A stretch of DNA of 59,135 bases, filler included. It is 4 parts of 4 records of this genome, joined end to end, with 100 filler letters (N's around TTAATTAATTAA, not from the genome) between each part and the next. Parts side by side here need not be neighbours in the genome. Positions count along the whole stretch, not along the records: positions 1 to 29,731 come from SRR22947725_1277; positions 29,832 to 46,384 come from SRR22947725_1286; 2 more parts are not named here. One strand, written 5' to 3'. The position numbers were made by a program, and so were the translations under genes. Below, piece after piece: positions 27,672 through 38,858 of the stretch. The notes under the pieces were generated by a model. That model was not told the origin of the DNA. It worked only from the letters and a program-made list of their open reading frames with translations, and searched no databases. Position 1 is the stretch's first letter. The number at the start of each line of letters is the position of its first letter.

Positions 27672-28520
27672 ATGTTTGCAGTTTTAAAACTAAACTGTCT
27701 AGATAAACGAGGTATTGTCGCCGACGTCACTGAATTTATCTACAAGGTTGGTGGAAACATCCTCGATTCACAACAACACCGTGAAGAACTTGGCAATCAA
27801 TTCTTCATGCACATCAAGTTCGACATCGCTCAGCTCAACTGCACACGTAAAGAACTCGACCAAAAAATGGATAAACTAGCGAAAAATTATCACATGAGCT
27901 GGTCTATAAGCTATTCTGACAAAAAGAAAAGAATGGCAATTATGGTCTCGAAATATGATCATTGCCTTTATGACTTGCTTCTACGCCACAAATATGGCGA
28001 GCTCAATTCTGAAATCGCTCTGATTGCCAGTAACCATTTAGATTTAGAGCATGTTGCTGAACATTTTGGCGTCCCTTATTTTTACTTACCAAGAAACAAA
28101 GATAACCGTCTAGAAGCCGACCAGAAAGCTCTTGAGCTCTTTCAAAGTCATCAAGTCGACTTTATTGTTATGGCTCGCTATATGCAGATTTTGACTCCAG
28201 AGCTTCTCGACAGTTACCCCCATAAGATTATAAATGTCCACCATGGCTTCCTACCTGCTTTCAAAGGTGCTAAACCTTATCATCAGGCTTATGAAAAAGG
28301 AGTCAAACTCATTGGTGCAAGCAGTCACTACGCGACAGAAGAGCTCGATATGGGACCTCTAATCGAACAAGAGACTGCTCGTGTCGATCATTCTTACTGT
28401 GTAGAGGATCTTGTTCGCCTTGGTAGAAGTATTGAATCTAGAGTGCTCGCTGAGGCCGTTAAAGCCCATACTGAAGATCGCATCATAGTCTTCAATAATC
28501 GAACGATAGTTTTTAGTTAA
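27672..28520 (+). CDS. purU: Formyltetrahydrofolate deformylase
   Basis: ACT domain (CLDKRGIVA), VSKYDHCL, ARYMQIL, INVHHGFLPAFKGAKPY, RTIVF; ATG at 27672 after CAGGAAG. Confidence 0.96.
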   Translation: MFAVLKLNCLDKRGIVADVTEFIYKVGGNILDSQQHREELGNQFFMHIKFDIAQLNCTRKELDQKMDKLAKNYHMSWSISYSDKKKRMAIMVSKYDHCLYDLLLRHKYGELNSEIALIASNHLDLEHVAEHFGVPYFYLPRNKDNRLEADQKALELFQSHQVDFIVMARYMQILTPELLDSYPHKIINVHHGFLPAFKGAKPYHQAYEKGVKLIGASSHYATEELDMGPLIEQETARVDHSYCVEDLVRLGRSIESRVLAEAVKAHTEDRIIVFNNRTIVFS

Positions 28521-28541
28521 CCATTAATCCAAAGAGACTAT

Positions 28542-28949
28542 ATGAAAACATTTATGACTGCCCTAATAATTTTATTCTGGGCGCCCTCAATACTGGCTCA
28601 AGAAAGTGTAAATAAAAATGAAAGTAACTCAGAAGAAAGCCTTTTCGTAGAAGCCTTAATACTAACAGAAAAAATGGCTCAAATCCTAGAAAGCGTCAAA
28701 GACAAGGATTCTGCAAAAGTCGCCGCTTCTCAAATTGAAGCCTTGGTCCCACAGGCAATGAATATTAAAAAGAAGGCCCAAAAAGAAGGGATTAATAAAC
28801 TTAAAAAAGAAGAAAGACTTAAGCTTATTCAAAAATATAATGAAAGAATGAGAAAAGCGACTTCATCGATCATTCTCATGTCTAAGAGGCTGGGAAGCTT
28901 CCCTGAAATCGCCGCTGCCATGACAAAAATAAAAGTTGCCATGAACTAA
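28542..28949 (+). CDS. Secreted helical hypothetical protein
   Basis: Signal peptide (SILA|Q); ILESVKDKDSAK.AA motif. Confidence 0.7.
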   Translation: MKTFMTALIILFWAPSILAQESVNKNESNSEESLFVEALILTEKMAQILESVKDKDSAKVAASQIEALVPQAMNIKKKAQKEGINKLKKEERLKLIQKYNERMRKATSSIILMSKRLGSFPEIAAAMTKIKVAMN

Positions 28950-28953
28950 AAAA

Positions 28954-28974
28954 ATGGCCGAGTTAGTCGGCCAT
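28954..28974 (-). terminator. Terminator between convergent genes
   Basis: ATGGCCGA-GTTAG-TCGGCCAT with A-run on the left (U-tail on the minus strand). Confidence 0.7.
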
Positions 28975-28982
28975 GACAAATA

Positions 28983-29570
28983 TTATGTCAAAACCTGGCG
29001 AAGTTTTTCGACAAAGGCTTTAATACCAATAGGCTTGCTAATAAGATCATCTGCTTGTATGTCATCGATCTCTTTCTTAGTCTCTTCATCGGCATAAGCT
29101 GTCATAATAATGATCTTAACATCCTTAAAATCAGGATTTCCTCTCATTTGACGACAAAACTCAAAGCCATTCATTTTTGGCATTCTTAAGTCCAATAAAA
29201 CAATCGATGGGTGCCAACTACCTACAATGAGGGCTGCATCTATACCATTGGTCGATTCTTTTACTTCAAAGTCACCGGCAATACTCAAGCAGTCCTGAGC
29301 GAACTGGCGAAAGTCTTCATCGTCATCGACAACTAAAACCTTAGCTCTTTCGGATTCATCGCCATCTTTTGACTTCTTCTCTGTATTGACATTTACATCA
29401 AAACCGCGTTTTTCTGCAAAAGCGATTAAGTCCGATCGGCGGAATCTTCTGTGACCACCAGGTGTTGTTGCTGGCGCTAACTCGCCACGCTCAACCCAGT
29501 TAATCAAACTAGTCCGGGCAATCCCTAAAAGATCGGCCGCTTCATTTGTTGTAAGTATTTCTTTTGACAT
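28983..29570 (-). CDS. Response regulator with N-terminal excisionase-like (HTH_17) DNA-binding domain
   Basis: LTTNEAADLLG...TPGGHRRFRRSD; REC domain VVDDD, LLDLRMP, MTA, KP. Confidence 0.92.
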   Translation of the reverse strand: MSKEILTTNEAADLLGIARTSLINWVERGELAPATTPGGHRRFRRSDLIAFAEKRGFDVNVNTEKKSKDGDESERAKVLVVDDDEDFRQFAQDCLSIAGDFEVKESTNGIDAALIVGSWHPSIVLLDLRMPKMNGFEFCRQMRGNPDFKDVKIIIMTAYADEETKKEIDDIQADDLISKPIGIKAFVEKLRQVLT

Positions 29571-29707
29571 TATTTATATTCTTCCACAATTTCGAAATTA
29601 TTGATTATTACATAATATAAAAAGTTTAGAGAGATAAACAAGTCTGTAATAGCATATTTGTCACTTTCAACACTATATATACGAATAAATGACAGGAAAG
29701 GAAAAAG

Positions 29708-29731
29708 TGGGGTAGCTAACCGGGCTTGAAC
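29708..29731 (-). tRNA. tRNA-His 3' fragment (truncated by contig end)
   Basis: Minus strand G-TTCAAGC-CCGGT-TAGCTAC-C-CCA: T-loop, acceptor 3' strand and C73 discriminator typical of bacterial tRNA-His; anticodon not visible. Confidence 0.75.
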
Positions 29732-29831
29732 NNNNNNNNNNNNNNNNNNNNNNNNNNNNNNNNNNNNNNNNNNNNTTAATTAATTAANNNNNNNNNNNNN
29801 NNNNNNNNNNNNNNNNNNNNNNNNNNNNNNN
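29732..29831. other. Artificial contig linker
   Basis: N44-TTAATTAATTAA-N44 (stops in all six frames). Confidence 0.98.
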
Positions 29832-32800
29832 TCCGCGATGGTCCTTCATGTGAACATATTCCATGTCCCGGTCAGTACGCAGTTCGATCCGTACGACCAA
29901 TTCATCTCCCACTTTTACGGGACCCCGTACCGGTGAGATAACCGGACCCTTTTTCGTATATTCCTTACTGTAGAGAGTCTTTTTGATCTTCAAGGGCGTG
30001 CCCTCGTGTGGGGTTATTTTGGAGATATCCTCCATGTACTGCCAATGCACGCTTCCCCAGGCAACTCCCTCATCCACCTTGGTCACGGTGACTTTTCCGA
30101 AATCGGGCTTGATCTCAGGACCGACGAATCGCTTCTCGTAGTATCCGGTTCCTGCCTCCACATTCTCGGGTTTGATCGGAGCCCTGTCAGCAAGGGATAC
30201 TTTTACCAGTTCGTCCGAGGCAAGCAGATCACTTCCTCTAAGCACTAAGGCATAGACCGCATCGGCAGTCGCCTTGGTGGTCTTCCAGTCCTGAGTCTGC
30301 TTTTGCTTAAGCAACCAGACCTTACATTCCTCGACCGACTTCTGATCGTTCATAATCTCATCAAAAGCTTCAATCATAACCGCCTGGGTCTCGATGGGGG
30401 CACGATGCCACCACCAGGACAATTCCTCATCCCTCCAGAACATTCCCATTTCCTCGTCAGTGACCGAACGCTCTTTGAGTGAGCGGACTATGGCCATGGG
30501 CGTATCCTTGTCTTTGCCAAACCGATGAAGAGCGAGGGCCACATGTCCCTGTGACTGACGATTGCCGAGTTTGAGCCAATATTCCCGGGCCTGCCCGAGG
30601 AAATAGTTTACCGCTTCCTGGGCATGGGGGTTGATCTTCTGCTGCTCAAGGAAGAAACTGCGCCCGTACAAATAGAGAGCAATGGTGGAGGACAAGTGAT
30701 TGTTCTCTTTCTTTCCATTTTTGAGAATGCTTCGGTAGGTCTTGTTAATCCAATTGTCCAGACGGTTAAGCGACTTGATGGCCAGAGCAGGATCGACATC
30801 CACCCCGAGATGACCCAACCGGCCGAAACCGGTTGTGATGTATAGAGTGATATAGTCATTCCCCCTTCCTCCCGGGAACCAGGGCCAGGCTCCGTCAGAA
30901 AGTTGCATTTGCTTGAGCTTCTCGAGGGTCCGGCGCTTCTCGTCATTGAGGCGGTTATCATCAAAGAGGATGCCCACATTTCGGCGGGATTCACTCTCGC
31001 TTTTGGCTTGGCGTACCCATGGAGTCTCCATCAGTGCGACAGACTTCAGGTCCTCGTTCTTTTCCAAGGGACTGTCCAATGTCTTCGTTCCCTTCCACTG
31101 ATCGAATATGCGACGAATCTTGGGATCAGAATGGGCGATCTCACGGGCCAGAGAATTTGCATATAGCCGGTTAAAGGTTTGCTCGGAACACTCATGGGGA
31201 AATTCCATCAGATAAGGCAGGGCCATTACCGCATACCAGGAAGGATTGGAAACCATCTGAACGGTAAAGTTCTTATGTGTGATGGTGTTGGAATTGCCCG
31301 ACGCCATCAGTTTCACAAAGTTAAACTTCTTGGTCTGGGCTCCCCGAATGGGCAAAGGCATCGATTCGGTCACAAAGATCCGTCTGGAAAGAACGGGCAG
31401 GTATCCCTCTTCCCCATCGGAAATCTTACCGGTTCCCCCCACTGCTTTGTAGGTGATCACTCCCAGATCATCAGGAACGGATATCTTCCACGAATAAGTA
31501 CGGGACTGCTTGGCCGGTATCTCGAAATTCAAATCGGTCACTTTATTGCCGAGTTCCCGGTCCACACTTTGGTTGGTTCGGGCATCATTGAAGGTCAGAC
31601 GGACTGTTCCCTTTTGAATGGTCGGTGACTGGTTTGAGACCTTGACCGTAAACTCGATCTTATCTCCCTCACGCAGAAAGCGCGGCGGGTTAGGCTGGAC
31701 CATAATATCCTTGGCCGTGACCATACTATCGCTGAGGAAACCCGAGCGCATTTCCTTATCATGAGCAAACCCGAGAAACTTCCACTTAGTCAGGGCTTCC
31801 GGCATGGTAAATTCCATACGCACGATTCCATCCTTGTCAGAAATGAGTTTGGGAAAGAAAAATGCGGTCTCGTTAAGGTTTTTCCGAGCACTTACCTTCG
31901 AAAGGTCAATACCACCCGCACGGCCCCCTGCCCCTGAACGACTAGAAGAGTTAAATGATAGTGATCCTTCCCTGTCCATCGCAGAATCAGCTAGTTGATC
32001 AAGAGAACTTAATGAGAGTGAAGCAGGTACAGGCTTGTTCATTGCACTCTTTTGTCTCCTCAATCCCTTAGCCGATTCAGCCGAAAAGGAGAATGCGGAT
32101 GCCCCCGCTGATGGCATTAACCTTTCCTTTCCGGAATTAGGTACAGGGCCACGGCCAGAACGATATCCGTAACTTGAAAGGGTGTAGTAACCCCATAGAG
32201 ATCCAACCATTTCAGGGTGCCAACTGCGGTGTGACCATTTGATGCTTTCGTTCTTTCTTTTCCATCCTCCATGTAAGGAGCGTAAATTCAAGGATGAGTT
32301 TTCAAAGCGAGAGTTGAGGTTGGAATGTTCACGCCGAAACAGATTGGAGAATGTCTTTTGCCAATCGTGAGATTGGTAAGCATCCAGAGATTCGTCATAA
32401 AGGGTCGCCACCATTTCTGCCACCGCTTTTCTGGCATCTGGACCCTTGATCACGGCCGTCCAGGTCTCTTTAGCTGCCGGCTCAAGTTTGGAAGTGAAGC
32501 GTTCCCACTTCACCTCCAGGTCTTTATTTGTCCAGGGAACCTCAACCAGCCTAGCCGTAAGGTAGGCCCGGTTTTCACGAACATAAGTGACACGAAGGGT
32601 GAAGCCCCCACGCATTGCCTCGCTGACTTTCTGTTCGATTTTTGCCTGGGTTTTCTTGCCATCGGTCCAATAGGATTGAAGGACTTTGTTCCGGTGAACG
32701 ATCTCCACGAATGCACGTCCTTTGCGGTAACCAGTCCCCCAAAAGGCATTGAACGAATCCCCGGGCTCAACCCGCCAGGTGGGTGCGGCAACATGATTGG

Positions 32801-35678
32801 GAATCTTTACGCCAAAGCGTTTGGCTTTGGGATTGAGAACGAGAATGGGCAGAAGTGCTTTGACTTCCTTTCCAAAACGGTCCCTCGTTTCCAGAACTGC
32901 ACGGTAAGCACCTTCCTTCAATGTAAAGGATAATTCCTTATTCCCCTCCCCATCGGTGGTGAATTCCTCGGTGGCAACCACTTCGCCCTGTTCCCAGGAA
33001 CTGGTATTGGAAAGATCGGGTTCGGGTTTATGCCCACCACCCATTCCACCCCGGTGGTGAGTGGGATAAAATGGCTCACCAAGCCTGGCTCTCTGGACCT
33101 TCTTGGGTTCCTTGAGCCGGTGAATCTTCAGGGATCCTTTGGCAATTCGTCCTTCTCCATCGAGCGAAGTGGTCTTGAGAGTCACCTTCACCGGTTTGGC
33201 CGCAGTTTGCCAATCCTCAGCCGAAAGGGATGCCTGCAGGGCAACAAAACCAACATTTACACTAGTCTCCCCCGTGCGGGTTTCACCGGTAGCATCCACC
33301 ACATCCGCATATACGGTGTAGCGGAAAGTGGGTTCGTCTTTCTCCAGAACCCCGGGATCCGGTTTGGCGGTAAACTCGACCTCAAAGGAGCCGTCCGCTC
33401 CGGTGCGGGCAGTGCCCTGTGCAATCTCTTCGGGGGCTATGACCGTCAGAGGTCTCCACCAGTAATGCCAGCGCAACCAGGGCGGAAAGCGAACCTGCCT
33501 GACCACGCGATACCTGACCTGTGCATCATTGATTGCCGCTCCGGTATAAGCCATGGCCGAACCACGTACCTTCACTTTCCGGTTAAGCACAGCCGGCTCT
33601 GCCGGAGCGTCCACCGTCACCTGAAACTTGGGCCGCTTGTACTCCTCCACATTAAAATAAGCCGACCCCATTGGGGAATTGGATCCATCAACCTGAATGT
33701 GCATCCTACCCATGAGACGGTCACGCGGAGCAGTGAAGCTACCTTCGAAGGATCCATAGTCATTTGTCCGGTGCTTGGCCCGGGCAATCTCCTGATCATT
33801 GGAATCACGAAAAACCACCGTGAGGTCACGATTGGGGATTACCTTATAATTGTCTTTATCCTGATCAATATGATAGGACACGCCCTTATAGCGAATGGTT
33901 TGACCGGGTCGGTAAAGGCTCCGGTCGGTAAAGAAAACCGAGCGTTCACTTGGCCTGGAGCGATTGTTAATTTTTATAACATAAAAAAAATCGGTCGATG
34001 CCAGCGTTTGACCCTGATAAGAGACAAGAGTTCTAATCCTTGCTTGATCCTGCTTGATGCTGAATAGACCGTTGGCATCGGTCCTCACTGTCTCAAGGTC
34101 AATTTTACGACTATTCTCACGCTTCCACGAACGAACCTTTGCGCCTTGGATCGGTTCGCCACTGATTGCGTTCAATACAAAACCTTCCAAATTGCCCGAA
34201 CGTCGTTGTGTACGCGTGACCACAGATAAGTCACTCACCCAGAAACTTGAGTAACTAACTTCATTTTCCTGTTCCTTAAATTCAGGATCATGGCTGGCAA
34301 AAAGAAAATAGGAACCGGGCTTAAGATCCTTAGGCGGGGTGATTTTCTGGACTCTTTCCTTGAAATCTTTGGTAGGCGGAAGATCGACGGACCATTCCTT
34401 TGCCGGTTTCTTTGCTAACCACTGCATCCTTTCCTCTGAAGAAATATACTCCGAGCGGCGGTCCGACTCTCTCATGTAAGTCACCCAGTCATAGGAAACC
34501 ACCCGAAAATAAGCCTTGGACAGATTTCGGTAGCGCAATTGGACCTTCGGGAACGGAGCATTCCACACCCGCTCGGTTTTAACCAATGAGGACTTGGTCT
34601 CAATTTGGTTAATGAGGTTGCTGCATTCCTTGGCTCCCACGCTTTCAGGAAAAACCGAGATCCCACGCGTAGCCATTTTATGGGCTTCCACAAGCTCACC
34701 TTCGCCCCGCAGAACATCGGCATGTCGGTACATCGCACGGGCAGACATCTCGTGATCAGCCCATTCCTGGGTGAAGCGCTTAAGTGCTGCCTTGTATCGG
34801 GCGTTTTTCTCCTCTCCAAAAGATTGATTGTACCCATAACGCAAACGGAGAAGGTCGGCATCAATGAATGCATCCTGAGTTTCCCCGTTCTTATGAAAAT
34901 TCAATAGGTCCTGATAAAGTTTGATCGCTCTGATCTTGGGTGACTCATCGTCCTCCGAATTAATTTCCCAGACCATAAAATCCTTAGCGGAGGCGAAAAT
35001 CGGGCTATCGGCGGAAAGAACGAAGGCATCCTGCGCTCTGGATCCAGCTTGCTCGCCCGCGGAATAAAAGCGTAAGGCATCATGCACCACAAAATCATAA
35101 AGAGTCGGACGGTAGCTCTCGGGCACATTCCCCTTATTCAAAAGGAAGTCATAGTCGCCAATAGCTTCCTTCTTCAGAACTTCATGATAGGACAGAGTCT
35201 TTTGGAACTGCTTATCGATCTCTGCTAGGATCCGGGGTAAGTCCCAGGTGGTGATGTCTTCTCCCGGAGCCTCAGTCGTCCGTGTCCTTTGTGCAAAACG
35301 CCAACGGTTTTGCTGAAAGTACTGCCAATAACAGTTGGAAAGAACGGCTCGCATCATCGGCTTGAGTGCCTCGGGTGCCTTGGTGATCTCATCTTCCAAC
35401 CGGGCAATCTTTTCCTCGGCTTTATTTCCCTCAACAGCTCCCTCCAAATTGATCTTCTGGCCAATTGCCCGTATGGCCACGGCATGAGACCCATCCTTCA
35501 GAGCCTGTTTGATCAGGGGATCAATTTTCTCAATGGCCGTTTTGGGAAGACCTTTCTTGATCTCCGACTCAACATCCTCCCATTGGTCCATAAGGCTCTT
35601 TGGCAAGGCCTGTCCGATCAGAAAAAAGCCAAAAGTAAGAAAAAGAATGGGAGCGATGAGAGGAATAATTTTCTTCAT
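29832..35678 (-). CDS. Bacterial alpha-2-macroglobulin (3' end truncated by contig end)
   Basis: FFTDRSLYRPGQ, VEEYKRP, RKNLNETAFF, PRFLREGD, thioester CSEQ (31190-31179), DGAWPWFPG, YVHMKD; Sec-type signal without lipobox. Confidence 0.95.
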
Positions 35679-35863
35679 ATTGAGAATGAATTTAGTGAGT
35701 TTGAAGGGAGCAAGCTCCCACTTGGGCTGGAATTAAATGTAAGATTGAAGAAATAAGACGCAGGATACGACTATTTATTAGAAAAAAATACCATCCGTAC
35801 CCCACGGACCTACATACTTACTCTTTTGATCCTGGTTTCATCGTAATGAAACAGATTAGAAAA

Positions 35864-37252
35864 CTATTTTTTCTTTTTGGGATCGGGAATCGGCTTGGGC
35901 AGTTCTTTAAGCCAAACTTCCACTTTTTTTCTAAGTTTGGAGGCAACCTGAGGTTTTTTCAGCACCAGGTTATTTGTCTCCGCAGGATCCTTTATAATAT
36001 CATAGAGCTGATCCGGTTTCTTTCCCTTGCTTCTCTTCGAACTTAAGTAGAATCGCCATTTTCCCTCGCGGATAGACGCCCCAGGATATCCGTTCCACAA
36101 AAGCGGTTTACGGTGAGGCCGTTTCGCCCCCAGCCACATACCAGACACATCCTCACCATCAATATCCTTAGGGAACTTAACCCCGGCCAAGCTACAGATG
36201 CTCGGGAGCCAATCTGCTCCACTAAAAACGCTCTCATCATCAACATAATCCACTTTTACTTTTCCGGGCCAACGAACAATGAATGGAACACGCAAACCAC
36301 CCTCATACAGGTTATGCTTTCCACCCCGAAATTGGCCCGCATAGCCAATCATATTTCGATGATCCTTCTTGAACGGCATTATTCGATTATAGACTTTGTC
36401 ACTCATTTTAATATCGGCAGGTCCCTGATCACTGGAAAATATCACCATCGTGCTTTCCCTTAGGCCCAACTCATCGATTACCGAGAGCAGTTTCTTCACA
36501 CTCAGATCAAGTGCGTAGACATCAGCAAGGTAGTTACGCATCGCCTCATTCACATCCACATCATAGGTTTCGCAATCCCTGAATTTTTTCTGCATCCAGT
36601 CAGAAAAGTCTTTTTTGTTAACCTCCAAATCCTTAAATCTCGACAGGTGTGTATCATGAGCAAAAACTGGTGCGTGCGTGCTGAAAGCCCACAAGTTCAC
36701 ATAAAAGGGACGACTTTTATTCTGGCGGATAAATTCAATCGTTTTATCAAAGATTGGTGCATCCCGCCCCTCAGGAACAATCATCTTATACATATCGATG
36801 GGACCGCATCTCTCATTCACATCAATGCCATACGCACCCGATGGTCTACCTCGCTCCATTTCTCGATTCCCAATGTGCCATTTCCCGAAATGACCAGTCG
36901 CATAGCCCGCCTGATTCAGTAACTCAGTAACCGTGACCCGATCTCCAAAACCGTTCCAACCGGTTCCCTTGGCAAAACGGGGCGGAAACATTCCGGTCAT
37001 GATCGCGGTTCTCGCAGGATTGCAGGTCTGTCCACCCGCATACGCCTGCGTAAAACGGGTACCTTCTCGTGCCAGTTTATCCAACGCGGGAGTCTTTGCG
37101 TAAGGATGTCCATAACAGGCGAGATCACCAAAACCCAAATCATCAGCATAAATGAAGACAAAGTTCGTTTTTTTTACTGCCCATGCTCCCGAGACGAGGA
37201 AGCATAGAAATATCAGGTATGCATAGAAGGTCGAACTGGATCTTTTAATCAT
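35864..37252 (-). CDS. Formylglycine-dependent sulfatase (S1)
   Basis: ADDLGFGD, CNPARTAIMTG (CxPxR), GKWH, SDQG, KHNLYEGGLRVP. Confidence 0.95.
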   Translation of the reverse strand: MIKRSSSTFYAYLIFLCFLVSGAWAVKKTNFVFIYADDLGFGDLACYGHPYAKTPALDKLAREGTRFTQAYAGGQTCNPARTAIMTGMFPPRFAKGTGWNGFGDRVTVTELLNQAGYATGHFGKWHIGNREMERGRPSGAYGIDVNERCGPIDMYKMIVPEGRDAPIFDKTIEFIRQNKSRPFYVNLWAFSTHAPVFAHDTHLSRFKDLEVNKKDFSDWMQKKFRDCETYDVDVNEAMRNYLADVYALDLSVKKLLSVIDELGLRESTMVIFSSDQGPADIKMSDKVYNRIMPFKKDHRNMIGYAGQFRGGKHNLYEGGLRVPFIVRWPGKVKVDYVDDESVFSGADWLPSICSLAGVKFPKDIDGEDVSGMWLGAKRPHRKPLLWNGYPGASIREGKWRFYLSSKRSKGKKPDQLYDIIKDPAETNNLVLKKPQVASKLRKKVEVWLKELPKPIPDPKKKK

Positions 37253-37267
37253 TTAGACACGTCTTAT

Positions 37268-38791
37268 TTACTGAGGCTTTGAAGATTTTTTGTTCTCTGA
37301 TTTGCGATCCCTTTTTCCGCGTGCCTTATTTTCGGTAAGCGTAAGCCATTGTTGCTTCACCTTTGAATAGGATGCAGTGCCGTATTCTTTTCCTTCAAAG
37401 CTGGCCTTACAGGACTGATACCATGCTAGGTATTGAGTAAACAAATCTTCGACCTTTTCGGGATATTTCTCAGCAAGGTCATGCTCTTCGAGTGGATCCT
37501 TAACTATGTCATAGAGCTCAGACTTTCCACTACCCCGTTGTATGTAAAGTTTGTACCTTTTGCCGGTGTAAGCAATCTGATTTGGATAGGCGAATCCGAT
37601 AGGAGCTTTTCGCTCAAATGCTTTTCCCTCCAATAGCGGCAGGATACTCACACCGTCAATGAGGTTATGTTTTGTAGGTAAAGAAATATCAAGAGCGTCG
37701 AGAATGGTCGGCATGTAATCAGAGGTCACGACCGGTGTATCGATGACTTTGGACTGAACTTTATTATTCCAAAGTAAAAGTCCGGGTACCCGTATACCGC
37801 CCTCATAGAAACTGCGCTTACGCCCACGAAACTCTCCTGCAGAACCAATATCCTTTCCTTCAGGTCCGTTGTCACTGGTAAACCAAACCATGGTATCCCC
37901 TTCAATACCTAAAGCCTGTAATTCCTTGCGGAGCCGTTTTATTTGGTCATCAATTGCGGTAATGCAGCCGGCGTACTGCTGCATACGGAATGATTGGTCC
38001 TTGTAAATCTCAGCATATGCAGGACCCGCCACAACGGGGAGATGCGGGGCATGAAACCAAATGACTGCCAAAAAAGGTGTATTTGTTTTCGTCGCTTTTT
38101 TAATGAAGGGTACGGCACGATCCATAACCACTCGTGAAGCGCATCCTTCGAGATTCTTGGTTACCTTTCCCATGTTGTCCCAAAAGGCAGTTCCATATCC
38201 GTCATAAGGCTCCCCTTTCTTAAGTGCACTCCATCCATAACCAAGACTTTCCGGTCTTACAAAAGAAGCTGGTTTCTTATTAGGATCCCAGGTTGGAACC
38301 TTCGATTCGGTAACGAAAAATTGATCATACCCATGCCGGCTTGGCGGATTATAAAGGTGGGGATTCTTAGGTCCTCCACGGTTCGCGTCTTTTTCCTTTG
38401 TAGTTAAAGTGCCCAAGTGCCACTTACCAAAATGACCGGTGGTATAACCATTATCTTTTAATACTTCCGCAATCGTGAGCTCTTCGGGGCGAAGAATTCC
38501 CTGATTTGCATGAAAGACACCGCTGCGATAAGGATTTCGTCCGGTAAGGCAGCTTGCTCGTGTCGGACTGCAAACGGCAGAGGCAGAATAAAAACGGTCA
38601 AAACGAACTCCCTCCCTGGAGATTTGATCGAGACTGGGCGTCTTAATTACCTTATTTCCATTATATCCGGTGTCTCCCCAGCCAAGATCATCGCACATGA
38701 CCAAAATTACATTGGTCGACCTTTCCGCCTTCAAAACGAATCCAGAAATAAAAATAAAGGCAGTTATAAAAAGCTGAGGTAAGTTTTTCAT
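37268..38791 (-). CDS. Formylglycine-dependent sulfatase (S1)
   Basis: CDDLGWGD, CSPTRASCLTG, GKWHLG, SDNG, KRSFYEGGIRVP. Confidence 0.95.
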   Translation of the reverse strand: MKNLPQLFITAFIFISGFVLKAERSTNVILVMCDDLGWGDTGYNGNKVIKTPSLDQISREGVRFDRFYSASAVCSPTRASCLTGRNPYRSGVFHANQGILRPEELTIAEVLKDNGYTTGHFGKWHLGTLTTKEKDANRGGPKNPHLYNPPSRHGYDQFFVTESKVPTWDPNKKPASFVRPESLGYGWSALKKGEPYDGYGTAFWDNMGKVTKNLEGCASRVVMDRAVPFIKKATKTNTPFLAVIWFHAPHLPVVAGPAYAEIYKDQSFRMQQYAGCITAIDDQIKRLRKELQALGIEGDTMVWFTSDNGPEGKDIGSAGEFRGRKRSFYEGGIRVPGLLLWNNKVQSKVIDTPVVTSDYMPTILDALDISLPTKHNLIDGVSILPLLEGKAFERKAPIGFAYPNQIAYTGKRYKLYIQRGSGKSELYDIVKDPLEEHDLAEKYPEKVEDLFTQYLAWYQSCKASFEGKEYGTASYSKVKQQWLTLTENKARGKRDRKSENKKSSKPQ

Positions 38792-38858
38792 TTTTCTAAT
38801 TTCGAAGGTTCCAATATTGATTAAGTCTTACTTCTCGGGTCCATATCCCTTAGACCCA

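Noticed and set aside
29776-29787. TTAATTAATTAA palindrome repeated three times in the window
   Set aside because: Always centred in 44-N flanks; it is a synthetic all-frame-stop linker, not a biological repeat.
29784-29831. ORF-track ends of A2M, groL and lspA running into X residues
   Set aside because: The stops come from the linkers; these genes are truncated by contig ends and are not pseudogenes.
30006-35756. Many long plus-strand ORFs (e.g. 33030-34067, 345 aa; 32325-32933)
   Set aside because: Antisense shadows of the GC-rich A2M gene with no recognisable motifs.
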